NCBI GenBank assembly: GCA_949127975.1
Contig: CASBRB010000089.1
Location: forward strand, 1-54,789
Reading direction: 5' to 3'
From: Oscillatoriales cyanobacterium PMM_0019
GTDB taxonomy: Bacteria; Cyanobacteriota; Cyanobacteriia; Cyanobacteriales; CASBRB01
DNA: 54,789 nt
Shown here: positions 18,138 to 28,906 of the stretch, piece by piece
Position numbering within the stretch: position 1 is the stretch's first letter
How the letters are laid out: the number at the start of each line of letters is the position of its first letter
The notes under the pieces: model-generated
The model's input: the letters and a program-made list of their open reading frames with translations, nothing else
What the model was told of the DNA's origin: nothing
Databases searched by the model: none
Position numbers and translations under genes: made by a program

Positions 18138-19991
18138 CTAACTAACTAAATCATCAGGAATCTTTCCAGACGGTTCACTGAGAATTTCCCGGATCACATC
18201 ATTCTCAACCACCAGCTTATTTTGCTCAATAAAATCACTAATTTGCTCTTTGCTTAACTCGTAATCTTCCCTCGCCCTCGAAACAAACAACATAGCTAAA
18301 AGCGGCTTTATGGCATCGGCTTTCAGTGGTACCCATTTACCGCCCAACTCAGGAGACAAAAGTTTCCTCAAACAGTTTTGGGCTTCAGTAGCATTAGCAC
18401 TAATTTCTTTAGAGCGCACTAAGCAACTACGAGTAATATCAAACTTCTTATACTCAATAATTCGCTTTAATCCAGCTAGCACACTATTGCCATTATCTTG
18501 CTGAATAATAGCCACCCCAATCTTGACTGTTTCCCCGTTTTGGTTACCGATGATTTTGAAATCAAAGTAACCTTTGTTTAAACTTTGAGGTTCTACTTTT
18601 TCCAGCTTCTCAATTTTTACCGTTTCTATGGTGTGTCCAATAGCATTAGAGAAGCCTAGCAACAGGGCAGCAGCAATTTTAGGCTTATCCTCTAATAAAG
18701 TTTCTATAGATTCTTCCACAGCTACCAGCTCTTTATTGAAAGCAGCTTCAACAGGATGAGTGGTTGCTGTTTGAGGTGCAAAATGATGGGCACACCAACT
18801 TAAAACTTGTCTTACAGTTGGCTTTTGTTTAGCCAGTTCTCTCAGCTTGCTTTCGGTAAAGGGATAGACAGGATCGTTACTCAGTAAGTTTCTTGATTCA
18901 TAAAACTCTTTCAGCCAGAGGGTGACTAACTTAACAATAGAGTCACCATCCATATATTTCAACTCAATCGGCTCTGGTGTTGCGGATGAAACCCGATATG
19001 GTATCCCACCAGGCAGCGACTTAATTTTAAGTTCCCATGTGTCTGGTAGCATTGCTGTTAAAATAACAACCCCTCTACTGCTACTTTCTAAATCAAGCCT
19101 GTCAAATATATTTTTAACTAAGACAGCCACAACCTGTGCTTTCGTAAACCCAGAATCACTGAGATTAACTCCCTCTAGTTCGTCCAAACATATCAGCAGC
19201 GTTTTATAGTCACTAATCAAACTCAAGATTTGCAGGATAAAATCAAAAGCTTTAGCTTCTCGATATTCTGGTACGTGATTTGGTAGCCCAAGTTCGGCTG
19301 CCTTTGATTCAGATAAATCGTTGCCCGATAACCACTTAATTGCGTAAGGCGCGTGAGATAAAGAAAGTGTCCAAAAAATAGCTCTGATAATATCGGGATC
19401 TGTCTTGGGTTTTATATTGACAGCTACTGCCGTCAGGCTGTCAATATAATTAGGATTTTTTTCTAGAGCAGATGGAAAGTTCTTCTCTACTAAATCATGG
19501 GGGTGCTTACTTATTTTTTCGGCTTGGCTAATTTTATCGACATGTTTGTAATTTCCTATTAAGATATCGATCGCTAGTTCTTGCCACTGTTTTAATCCTT
19601 TGCTACCAACCTGGTTAAGGCCCTGGGACAAAGTTTGTAAAAATTGGTAGTTAATCAGTTTTAAATCAGTAAAGTTACTGGCGCTGGCATAAACAAATAA
19701 AGCATCGCTCTCATTTAGCAGCCTATGGCGAATCCGACTAATCGTGTGAGTTTTGCCAACTCCTTGTTCTGCTGTTATAACTAAAGATGTAACTTTGCCT
19801 TGACCAGAGCTAACCTGTTTAATCGCTTGCAGAACGGCGTCAGAAGCATGAGCATTGAGACTGGGAACATCAGGGAATCCTTGAACCCAAACATCTTGAA
19901 CCCGAACGGCAGCACCTCTATCAACAAAGGGGTTGTAACTTTGGATAGCAACGTTAAGCTCCGAGATGGTGGTAGTCATAGTACTGGTCAT
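18138..19991 (-). CDS. P-loop NTPase, paralog A (AAA/STAND-like, uncharacterised)
   Basis: Walker A AEQGVGKTH and Walker B LLICLDELEG. The N-terminal NPFVDRG motif and the C-terminal ~150 aa (VENDVIREILSEPSGKIP) are shared with paralog B. Confidence 0.8.
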   Translation of the reverse strand: MTSTMTTTISELNVAIQSYNPFVDRGAAVRVQDVWVQGFPDVPSLNAHASDAVLQAIKQVSSGQGKVTSLVITAEQGVGKTHTISRIRHRLLNESDALFVYASASNFTDLKLINYQFLQTLSQGLNQVGSKGLKQWQELAIDILIGNYKHVDKISQAEKISKHPHDLVEKNFPSALEKNPNYIDSLTAVAVNIKPKTDPDIIRAIFWTLSLSHAPYAIKWLSGNDLSESKAAELGLPNHVPEYREAKAFDFILQILSLISDYKTLLICLDELEGVNLSDSGFTKAQVVAVLVKNIFDRLDLESSSRGVVILTAMLPDTWELKIKSLPGGIPYRVSSATPEPIELKYMDGDSIVKLVTLWLKEFYESRNLLSNDPVYPFTESKLRELAKQKPTVRQVLSWCAHHFAPQTATTHPVEAAFNKELVAVEESIETLLEDKPKIAAALLLGFSNAIGHTIETVKIEKLEKVEPQSLNKGYFDFKIIGNQNGETVKIGVAIIQQDNGNSVLAGLKRIIEYKKFDITRSCLVRSKEISANATEAQNCLRKLLSPELGGKWVPLKADAIKPLLAMLFVSRAREDYELSKEQISDFIEQNKLVVENDVIREILSEPSGKIPDDLVS

Positions 19992-20036
19992 AGTAATTTA
20001 TATCGAGTCGTGGAAAAAGATAATATCCGGTTGCTT

Positions 20037-21353
<1,317 letters not shown>

Positions 21354-21438
21354 TGGGGGACTTAAACCCCTACACGTCATCCGCCAGTCGCACAGAATTT
21401 CCCAGATGGCTCCTGACTTCTGACTCCTGTTAAAAAAA

Positions 21439-22710
21439 TTATTTTTTGTTCCATTCGGTGGCGGCGTCTGCAACTGCTTGTTCTACGGTTTTTTTCCCTA
21501 AGATTGCGTCTTGGAGATTTTCATATATAGCTTTTTCTAGCAGGTTGATATTTTTCATTGCTGGGATTAAGACTTCTGCTTGTGATAGTTGGCTGGCACT
21601 GATTTTTCTACCCTGTTCTACTGTTGATGCTTTGGGATCTTTTGATATATCACGTTGGTACTGTTGTATTCCCTCAACCGTGGATGGGAGAACGTTTGCT
21701 GCCTTGGCAAATGCTAACTGATTTGGTGTATTGGTGACAAACAAAGCAAACTTTAGGGCGATATCCGGCATATGTGTGTCCCGGGGGATGACTAGATTCA
21801 TCACTGCTACATTTTTCTTGCCAGTGCTACCAGTAATCTGCGGGGCGATCGCTGAAATTTTAGCAATTTCTGGTGCATTTTTGGCGATGGTATCTATAAA
21901 TTCTGCCCCAGCTGACACCATTGCCGTCTCACCCGCTTCGTAAAGTTCGATCCCGTGCTGCTGTCCTTGAGTAAGGACTTCTTTTGGTAGGAGTCCCTTT
22001 TTGTAAAGATCTACCCAATATTGAAATACTGCTTTGCCTGCGGGTGTGTTAAAAGCCGCCTGCCCCTGAGCATCCACCAAGGGGACTCCCATTTCTACGA
22101 AAGATTCTAGCACATCAGATGCATCTTTGGGTACCATCGTCAAAAATAAGGCATATTTGCCGGTTTTGTCCTTAATAAGCTGTGCTGCTTGCGCCACTTC
22201 CTCGTAAGTACCTGGGGGTTTGCTGATACCTGCTTTTTTTAACAAGTCTGTGTTATAAATCGTAACGTTAGTGGTGAGATACCAGGGAATGCCAAAGCTT
22301 TTGCCGTTGAGGGTGCTAGCCTTCCATACGTTAGGTAAATACTGCTGTTTCACCTCTTGGGGCACTTTCCCATCCAAATCTAACCAGGCATGGCGTGATG
22401 CCAGCAGGGAGGCAAAATTAGGGTTGAGGTTGACGACATCCGGTGCTGTTCTGGCTGAAACCGCTGCCAGGATTTTACTCTCCATTGCCGTCCAAGGAAC
22501 ATCCACCCAGCGTACCTTAACACTGGGGTTTTGTGCCTCAAAGTTGGTAATCAGATTGTTGAAATAGGTGGTAAACTCTGGTTTTAGCTGCATCGTCCAG
22601 AATTCTATTTCTTTGCTCTTTGATGGAGCGGGGGAGGTACTACAGCTCATCACCCAACTCAGAAGCAAGCCTAACAGGGCAAATATACTTATACGTTTCC
22701 AGTTTCTCAT
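21439..22710 (-). CDS. ABC transporter substrate-binding lipoprotein (sugar/family 1 type)
   Basis: Has a signal peptide with lipobox (LLSWVMSCSTS) and the length and pattern of family-1 extracellular solute-binding proteins. Confidence 0.8.
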   Translation of the reverse strand: MRNWKRISIFALLGLLLSWVMSCSTSPAPSKSKEIEFWTMQLKPEFTTYFNNLITNFEAQNPSVKVRWVDVPWTAMESKILAAVSARTAPDVVNLNPNFASLLASRHAWLDLDGKVPQEVKQQYLPNVWKASTLNGKSFGIPWYLTTNVTIYNTDLLKKAGISKPPGTYEEVAQAAQLIKDKTGKYALFLTMVPKDASDVLESFVEMGVPLVDAQGQAAFNTPAGKAVFQYWVDLYKKGLLPKEVLTQGQQHGIELYEAGETAMVSAGAEFIDTIAKNAPEIAKISAIAPQITGSTGKKNVAVMNLVIPRDTHMPDIALKFALFVTNTPNQLAFAKAANVLPSTVEGIQQYQRDISKDPKASTVEQGRKISASQLSQAEVLIPAMKNINLLEKAIYENLQDAILGKKTVEQAVADAATEWNKK

Positions 22711-23005
22711 CTGTCTTCCTTCCTAGATAGCCCGTCCATATAAATTCAGTGCGTCGCGTTTCTTCCTATGTCTTTAGACATAGACGCCCCCACGCTTCCG
22801 GACTTCTTTAGGTGGCGCTAGCAGTAACCTATCGTACAATGTCAACCCCCCTTTCCTGGAATGGCTTAAGTCGTGTATCTTTAATAATGCAACTAGGGGA
22901 ATAATAAGCTAGATTGATACCATGTCGGTAGCCGTGCGATCGGCATCAGAATTCTTTCCAGCCTTAGCCAAATTCTAAATTTCCACGTATCAGCCCAAGA
23001 AAAAT

Positions 23006-24112
23006 ATGTTTAGCCGTTTAAAAGATTTCATTCCAAGACGTACCAAAGGTGTCGGGATAGAACTGGCTCCGGAACGAATTAATATAGCACAACTACGCAA
23101 GCAAGGTAATACATTTAAACTAACTACCTTGTCTTCTTTAGAAGTTCCGGAAGGGGTATTTCAAGAAGGGAAGATTGCCGATGCCCCCACTCTAGCACAA
23201 CTGATCCAAACAGCAATGGCAGAAAGTAAGATTAAAGCCAAACGTGTTGCTACATCAGTGCCGATGCGGGAAGCTGTCATCCGGATCATTCCAGTTCCCG
23301 CAGAACTAGATGATAAAGAACTTCGAGATATGGTTCTTAATCATGAAGCTGGTCTTTATTTGCCTTACCCGCGCGAAGAAGTCGATGTCGATTATCAGAA
23401 ACTGGACATAATAGTAGATGAAGATGGTATCGAAAAGGTGCAAGTTCTGCTGGTAGCGACAAAAAAAGAAGTAACAGATACTTATCTCGATACGTTTCAG
23501 CAAGCTGGGTTACAGGTAGATGTGCTAGAAATTAATAGCTTTGCTCTAATAAGGACGCTTAGAGAGCAGTTGCGACAATTTGCACCCCAAGAGGCTGCCG
23601 TACTGGTGGATATTGAGTTCGATAGCACTGAAATTGCCATTATTGTTAATGGTGTTCCCCAATTTAACCGCACCGTTCCCATCGGGACGTTCCAGCTTCA
23701 GAGCTCTCTTAGCCGGGCGATGAATTTACCCACATCCAGGAACACCGAACTGCTGCAAGGGATGACGATTCCTGTCAACACGAGCGTTGATACGGCACGC
23801 CCTGGGGCTACTGCCATCAATCCTGGCATGGCTGCACTACTAAGAGTTTTAGGAGAGCTAGCTGATGAGTTGCGCCGCTCTATAGATTTTTATCTCAATC
23901 AGAGCGAAAATTTGGAAGTGGCTCAGCTTTTACTGGCAGGTCCTGGCGCTGGCATAGGAAAACTTGATGAGTTTTTCACCCAAAGGTTAAGCTTGCCTGC
24001 TACTCAAATCGATCCCGTGGGGGCTCTTGCCTTACAGGTGGATCAGGAAATACCCGAAGTGCAAAGACCAGCATTAGGAACTGTATTGGGATTAGGACTG
24101 CGCGAGGTTTGA
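23006..24112 (+). CDS. pilM: Type IV pilus assembly protein PilM
   Basis: Actin-like ATPase-fold pattern (GIELAPERINIAQL...). It is the first gene of a pilMNOQ-ordered operon. Confidence 0.9.
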   Translation: MFSRLKDFIPRRTKGVGIELAPERINIAQLRKQGNTFKLTTLSSLEVPEGVFQEGKIADAPTLAQLIQTAMAESKIKAKRVATSVPMREAVIRIIPVPAELDDKELRDMVLNHEAGLYLPYPREEVDVDYQKLDIIVDEDGIEKVQVLLVATKKEVTDTYLDTFQQAGLQVDVLEINSFALIRTLREQLRQFAPQEAAVLVDIEFDSTEIAIIVNGVPQFNRTVPIGTFQLQSSLSRAMNLPTSRNTELLQGMTIPVNTSVDTARPGATAINPGMAALLRVLGELADELRRSIDFYLNQSENLEVAQLLLAGPGAGIGKLDEFFTQRLSLPATQIDPVGALALQVDQEIPEVQRPALGTVLGLGLREV

Positions 24113-24116
24113 AGCT

Positions 24117-25049
24117 ATGTATAGTTTGGATATTAATTTTCTCAAAGACCGCCCTGATTATGCCCCCAAGGTGGCTGCTCGATCAACCACGGGAGCTATT
24201 CCCATAGAAGGAATGCTTCCCTTGTATATAGGGGTGGGAGTTGGCTTGTTATTGCCAGCGGTAATAGGTGGCATGGCGTTGTTACTACAACACCAAGCTG
24301 ATGACTTGCTTTCTCGGCAAGCTGAACTGGACAGGAGACTCGAAGACCTCAGCAGAATAGAGCAGCAAGTTGGCAGGATCAATTCCGAAGCCACCCAACT
24401 CACTACAGAAACCAAAGACCTAGCTAGCATTTTTAATCAAATCAAGCCGTGGTCAGCGATGCTGGAGGACATTCGGGAACGCACTCCCCCTGGCGTGCAA
24501 ATTAATACTATCAAAGAAACTGAAGGACCTCCGCCACCTACACCCCCCCCATTAGCCACACCCGCACCAGCCGCTGCACCTAGTGGCAGCCCCAGCCCTG
24601 TAGCCGCTGCCATTCCCACACCGATCTTCAGCCCAGGTTTCGACCTCCCTGTAACCAAAGTGGAGATTATAGGCTACTCTAATTCTTTCAACGAAGTGAA
24701 CGACTTCCTGCTGACGCTTCAAAAGTCTCCTTTCTTGAAACCAAACAAAACTCAGCTAGTGACTGCAACTCTGGTCGAAAACCCTACTATAATACAACCT
24801 TATAAACCTAATGGTAGTGTAGGACAAGCACAAGATAAACTGCCAGCAGTGAAACTGCCAAAAGTTGTGTCATTCACAATTGTAACTAACCTTAATACTG
24901 TCCCAGCTTCGGAATTAATTAGAGAGTTAGACCGCCGGGGTTCCGTGGGGCTGGTAACTCGAATCAAAACCCTTCAGGACAAAGGAGTTATTACACCAAA
25001 TATACCAAATACACCAAACACACCAAACAAAGGGGGGACTAAACTATGA
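24117..25049 (+). CDS. pilN: Type IV pilus assembly protein PilN (Pro-rich insert)
   Basis: LDINFLKDRP start, a single TM segment and a coiled coil. Its position in the operon fits PilN. Confidence 0.8.
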   Translation: MYSLDINFLKDRPDYAPKVAARSTTGAIPIEGMLPLYIGVGVGLLLPAVIGGMALLLQHQADDLLSRQAELDRRLEDLSRIEQQVGRINSEATQLTTETKDLASIFNQIKPWSAMLEDIRERTPPGVQINTIKETEGPPPPTPPPLATPAPAAAPSGSPSPVAAAIPTPIFSPGFDLPVTKVEIIGYSNSFNEVNDFLLTLQKSPFLKPNKTQLVTATLVENPTIIQPYKPNGSVGQAQDKLPAVKLPKVVSFTIVTNLNTVPASELIRELDRRGSVGLVTRIKTLQDKGVITPNIPNTPNTPNKGGTKL

Positions 25050-25819
25050 CATATACTGAAGAATTTCCCGGTGGTGAACCAAACCAGGAGGTACCTGAAA
25101 GCTCTGGTTATCCCACTATGTTTGGAATTACTTTTACTCCACTGATCGGTGGTGTTATAGTCGCGGTTTTAGGTTTGGCGGGAGCAATTTACCTGGTAAT
25201 GAATATGGTAATGCCTGCCTTAGACAAAAATAAAGAACTACAAAACAAGCTCGACACCACACAGTCTCAAATTGACCAAAAGAAAAGCAATAGTAATAAA
25301 ATTCAGCTAGCGCAGAAAAAACTAGATGAGGCGAAACAAAAAAAAATAGATGTGTTGGCCCTATTCCCAAATGAAAGAACACTAGATACGTTGTTGCTGG
25401 ACATCAACCGCTTCACCAATGCTAGAAATGGTCAATTGGAAAGCTTTGTGCCGGATATACCGCAGCAACAGAATGTTAACCCCTATATTCCCACAGTGGC
25501 TAATGTGGTTAATGATAATAGTTTGGGACTGAACCTGAACAATAAACTCAAGCGCCAAACTATCAAAGTGATACTAGAAGGCGACTTCGATCAAACTGTG
25601 TCTATTGTTCGTAGTATAGAACGACTACAACAGTTGTTGCTAATTAAAGACTTACAAGCAGAATTGGATAAGTCAGGTCAGAAGATTGAAGTTGATGAAC
25701 AAGGCAAAATTGTGCCCAAAGTCAAGCGAACGAAGATAAAAACTACTTTTAAGTTACAGGCGCTGATCCCATTGACACCAGAGGAAGCAGCGATAATTGC
25801 CTCCCAACCTAAAAAGTAG
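25046..25819 (+). CDS. pilO: Type IV pilus assembly protein PilO
   Basis: Overlaps the pilN stop by 4 nt. Has a TM segment plus coiled coil (KNKELQNKLDTTQSQIDQKK). Operon position fits PilO. Confidence 0.75.
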   Translation: MTYTEEFPGGEPNQEVPESSGYPTMFGITFTPLIGGVIVAVLGLAGAIYLVMNMVMPALDKNKELQNKLDTTQSQIDQKKSNSNKIQLAQKKLDEAKQKKIDVLALFPNERTLDTLLLDINRFTNARNGQLESFVPDIPQQQNVNPYIPTVANVVNDNSLGLNLNNKLKRQTIKVILEGDFDQTVSIVRSIERLQQLLLIKDLQAELDKSGQKIEVDEQGKIVPKVKRTKIKTTFKLQALIPLTPEEAAIIASQPKK

Positions 25820-25882
25820 AGTTAGGTGATTTTAGATTTTGGATTTTAGATTGACCTTGGTCTTTGTTGTGAGGGAAAAAAC

Positions 25883-28054
25883 GTGAAACAGTCTCAAAAA
25901 ATAACTGGAATTTGTATTGGCGGAGCAGTGGCGGTACTGTCTGTAAGCCCTGGGTGGGCGGAGATCGCTCCTACGACAGCAGCGTCCCCAAATTCATCTG
26001 CCTTTAAAGCAGATAGCACTACCGAACTGGCTCAAACATCCCCAACCCAAACTACTCCATCTCCCGCACCGGGGAATCAACCTCCGCGCAATCAACCCGT
26101 AGCGCTACCGAACCCGAATGTTCTGGTTCCCAATCCTCAAATCAGAATAGAGCCAATTGCAGCTCCGGCTGCGGGTGTCCTGCAACCAGTAGCGCCAGCT
26201 CCTCCCCTATTGCCAAGAGCGATCGCACCGCCCGTTGGTGATATTTCTGTCTCCAATCTTAATGTCCCGTCCGACAACATCGATTTAAGTACAACTCTCC
26301 GCATACCCAGACTGGTGTTAAAAGATTCTCCAGCTCGCGAAGTGTTGCAATTGCTAGCGAGGTCGGCTGGTCTTAATATTGTCTTTATCGGAAGCCCAGC
26401 AACTACTCCTGGTGCAGCCCCGGCTCCAGGAGGTGCAACTACTTCCACAGGACCGCTAATTTCTCTGGATATCGACAACGAACCCGTTCAAAATGTCTTT
26501 AACTATGTGCTTCAGATTTCAGGGCTACAGGCAAACCGAATTGGACGCACCATTTTTATTGCTTCTCAACTGCCCCAAGGCGTGCGCACTATTGCCGTGC
26601 GGAGCTTGCGTCTCAATCAAATTGCAGTAGGGCAGGCAGTTGGTTACTTGATTTCTCAGGGAGCAGAGGAACAGCAGGTTACAACCTCGACTACAATCAC
26701 GGCAGTAACTGACCCGGAAACTTCCATATCTGCAAGTGGTGGAGGTAGCACAACTACTTCCATACCTCTACCCCCAGTCAATAAAGTTATAAACACCAAC
26801 AATTCGGTTACCAGAATCGGACCACAGCCGGATGTTTCAGCAGCAGTACCAGGACAGTTACCAGGAGTGCCAGCACCGTTATTACTCCGGGGTTTAGCTG
26901 TGGTGCCTGATGAGCGCCTCAACACCATCACGTTAATTGGCGAACCCCGCAAGATTGAGCTTGCCACAGCTTTATTGACTCAGTTAGACCTGCGCCGCCG
27001 TCAAGTGGCAGTGAATGTCAAGGTTGTTGATGTCAACTTGTCGGGCACTGATGCGGCTAATGCTAGTTTCTCGTTTGGAGTGGGTAAAAGTTTCTTTAGC
27101 GTTGACAACGGCGCAGCAACCTATAACTTTGGCGGTGTCAGACCACCCACTAATGGACAAGTACAAGCCAGTACGATATTTCCCACAATTACCGCCGCTC
27201 CATTCCCGTCGGGTTCTACTGGGCAACCATTCCTTGATGTTCAAGGTAATGCTCCATTTGGCACTACAACTGGCTCCAACGGTCTTACTACTGGCGATCC
27301 TAGCCAGCTGTATGCCCGACCCAGCTTTGGGACTAACTCAAATCCCTTCCAGCCTGGGGTGACATCATATACTCCTCCTACTATTACTAGTACTTCTGTG
27401 ACTCCTGCTAAAGTCACCTATAGCCTCCCTAGCTATTTCCAATACCCCAGCAGGTTCCTCGCTTTTTTGAACACTCAGATTACCAATAGCAATGCCAAAG
27501 TTTTAACTGACCCGACTTTAGTCATCCAAGAGGGTGAAAAAGCCATTATCAACCTAACGCAGGAGGTGTTTGCAGGATTCACTACAACATATACTCAAAT
27601 TGGCACTACGGTGCAACCGATTCAAACACCGATCATCAAAAACGCAGGCGTAGTCCTAGAAGTCCAGGTATCGCGGATTGACGACAACGGCTTTATCACA
27701 CTGGCTGTTAATCCTACTGTTTCTTCAATTGGGGGCAGTCAAGCAACTACCCAAGGTACTATCACCCTTTTGCAAGTACGGCAAGCGCAATCTGGTCAAA
27801 TTCGCCTCCGAGATGGTCAAACGCTAATTATCTCAGGCATCATCCAACAATCAGACACCACAACAGTAACCAAGGTTCCTGTTTTGGGTGATATTCCTCT
27901 ACTGGGTGCGCTATTTAGAACCACTAGCCGAGGCAACCAGCGCAACGAAGTGATTGTGTTACTGACGCCTAACGTTCTAGATGACTCATCTCGCGCCTCG
28001 TTTGGCTACAACTATTCGCCCGGATCGGATGCGCGTCAAATGTTACAACGGTAG
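25883..28054 (+). CDS. pilQ: Type IV pilus secretin PilQ
   Basis: The C-terminal secretin domain reads KVPVLGDIPLLGALFRTTSRGNQRNEVIVLLTPNVL. GTG start and an N-terminal signal sequence. Confidence 0.9.
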   Translation: MKQSQKITGICIGGAVAVLSVSPGWAEIAPTTAASPNSSAFKADSTTELAQTSPTQTTPSPAPGNQPPRNQPVALPNPNVLVPNPQIRIEPIAAPAAGVLQPVAPAPPLLPRAIAPPVGDISVSNLNVPSDNIDLSTTLRIPRLVLKDSPAREVLQLLARSAGLNIVFIGSPATTPGAAPAPGGATTSTGPLISLDIDNEPVQNVFNYVLQISGLQANRIGRTIFIASQLPQGVRTIAVRSLRLNQIAVGQAVGYLISQGAEEQQVTTSTTITAVTDPETSISASGGGSTTTSIPLPPVNKVINTNNSVTRIGPQPDVSAAVPGQLPGVPAPLLLRGLAVVPDERLNTITLIGEPRKIELATALLTQLDLRRRQVAVNVKVVDVNLSGTDAANASFSFGVGKSFFSVDNGAATYNFGGVRPPTNGQVQASTIFPTITAAPFPSGSTGQPFLDVQGNAPFGTTTGSNGLTTGDPSQLYARPSFGTNSNPFQPGVTSYTPPTITSTSVTPAKVTYSLPSYFQYPSRFLAFLNTQITNSNAKVLTDPTLVIQEGEKAIINLTQEVFAGFTTTYTQIGTTVQPIQTPIIKNAGVVLEVQVSRIDDNGFITLAVNPTVSSIGGSQATTQGTITLLQVRQAQSGQIRLRDGQTLIISGIIQQSDTTTVTKVPVLGDIPLLGALFRTTSRGNQRNEVIVLLTPNVLDDSSRASFGYNYSPGSDARQMLQR

Positions 28055-28055
28055 C

Positions 28056-28320
28056 AGTACTAGGGTGGGATTGCTAGCCCTGCCAACTCTAAAAAGCCCT
28101 CACCAAGGGCCCCTCTCCCAAATTGGGAGAGGGGAGTAAGAGTCGGATTTTTTTCTCTTTCTCCCCTTCTCCCTTGATGGGAGAAGGGGTTGGGGGATGA
28201 GGGTGATATTGAGAGAGTACTAGGGTGAGATTGCCCATATCCAGTGGGGCAACCACGGGGGGATTGCCCCTACAAAACCATTTCTAGGCATCATTCGATC
28301 GCCCAATCCTACCCTAGTAC
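28056..28320. repeat. Composite block of nested short repeats
   Basis: AGTACTAGGGTGGGATTGC (28056-28074) and its inverted copy (28302-28320), with a third copy at 28216-28234. These enclose the hairpin CCCCTCTCCCAAATTGGGAGAGGGG, the motif GGGAGAAGGGGTTGGGGGATGAGGGTGA, and an SDR core (GGGGCAACCACGGGGGGATTGCCCCTAC). Confidence 0.75.
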
Positions 28321-28544
28321 CTTGGCATAAATACTCAAAAAGACTGAAATCTACACAAATTAAAGCTTTCAGCGATCTATATAATGCAAACAGACATTAG
28401 AATAATCGAGTGAAAGCTCGATCCCGCGAGAGTTTCAGGGATTAAGAGTTAAAATGACGCTCACCGGGTAACATCTGGATCTCTATTGCGCTCGATCGAG
28501 CAGTTAATGCTTAACCTGTTTTGCAAAGGAAAAGGTGATTTTTA

Positions 28545-28877
28545 ATGAACAAAGGCGAATTAGTCGATAAGGTGGCTGAAAAGGCTAGCGTGACGAAAAA
28601 GCAGGCTGATGCGGTGTTGACTGCGGCTTTGGAAACCATCATGGAAGCTGTTTCCAACAACGACAAAGTCACCCTGGTAGGCTTCGGCTCGTTTGAATCG
28701 CGCGATCGCAAAGCTCGTGAAGGTCGCAATCCTAAAACTGGTGACAAGATGGAAATTCCAGCAACCAAAGTTCCTGCCTTCTCTGCTGGTAAATTGTTCA
28801 AAGATAAAGTCGCACCTGCTGACGAAGTAGTCGCACCTGCTGACGAATTAGAAGAACCAGAAGACTCAGACGAATAA
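28545..28877 (+). CDS. hup: HU family DNA-binding protein with an acidic C-terminal tail
   Basis: MNKGELVDKVAEKASVTKKQADAVL...RNPKTGDKMEIPATKVPAFSAGK is the canonical HU sequence. It has about 20 extra C-terminal residues. Confidence 0.95.
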   Translation: MNKGELVDKVAEKASVTKKQADAVLTAALETIMEAVSNNDKVTLVGFGSFESRDRKAREGRNPKTGDKMEIPATKVPAFSAGKLFKDKVAPADEVVAPADELEEPEDSDE

Positions 28878-28906
28878 TAAGGTTGTAGTTTGGGCATAGC
28901 CAATCG

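Noticed and set aside
19800-20036. N-terminal 79 codons of the 517-aa folC ORF
   Set aside because: They overlap the 5' end of the divergent NTPase gene on the opposite strand and have no FolC similarity. FolC similarity starts at IDSILQHFQHFGVHLG.
24158-27362. Antisense or alternative-frame ORFs inside pilN, pilO and pilQ (24158-24430, 24437-24658, 25155-25382, 26137-26478, 26656-26967, 26984-27244, 27015-27362)
   Set aside because: They are Gly/Ala/Pro-rich shadow frames of the Pro/Thr-rich pilus genes. The operon structure explains the region.
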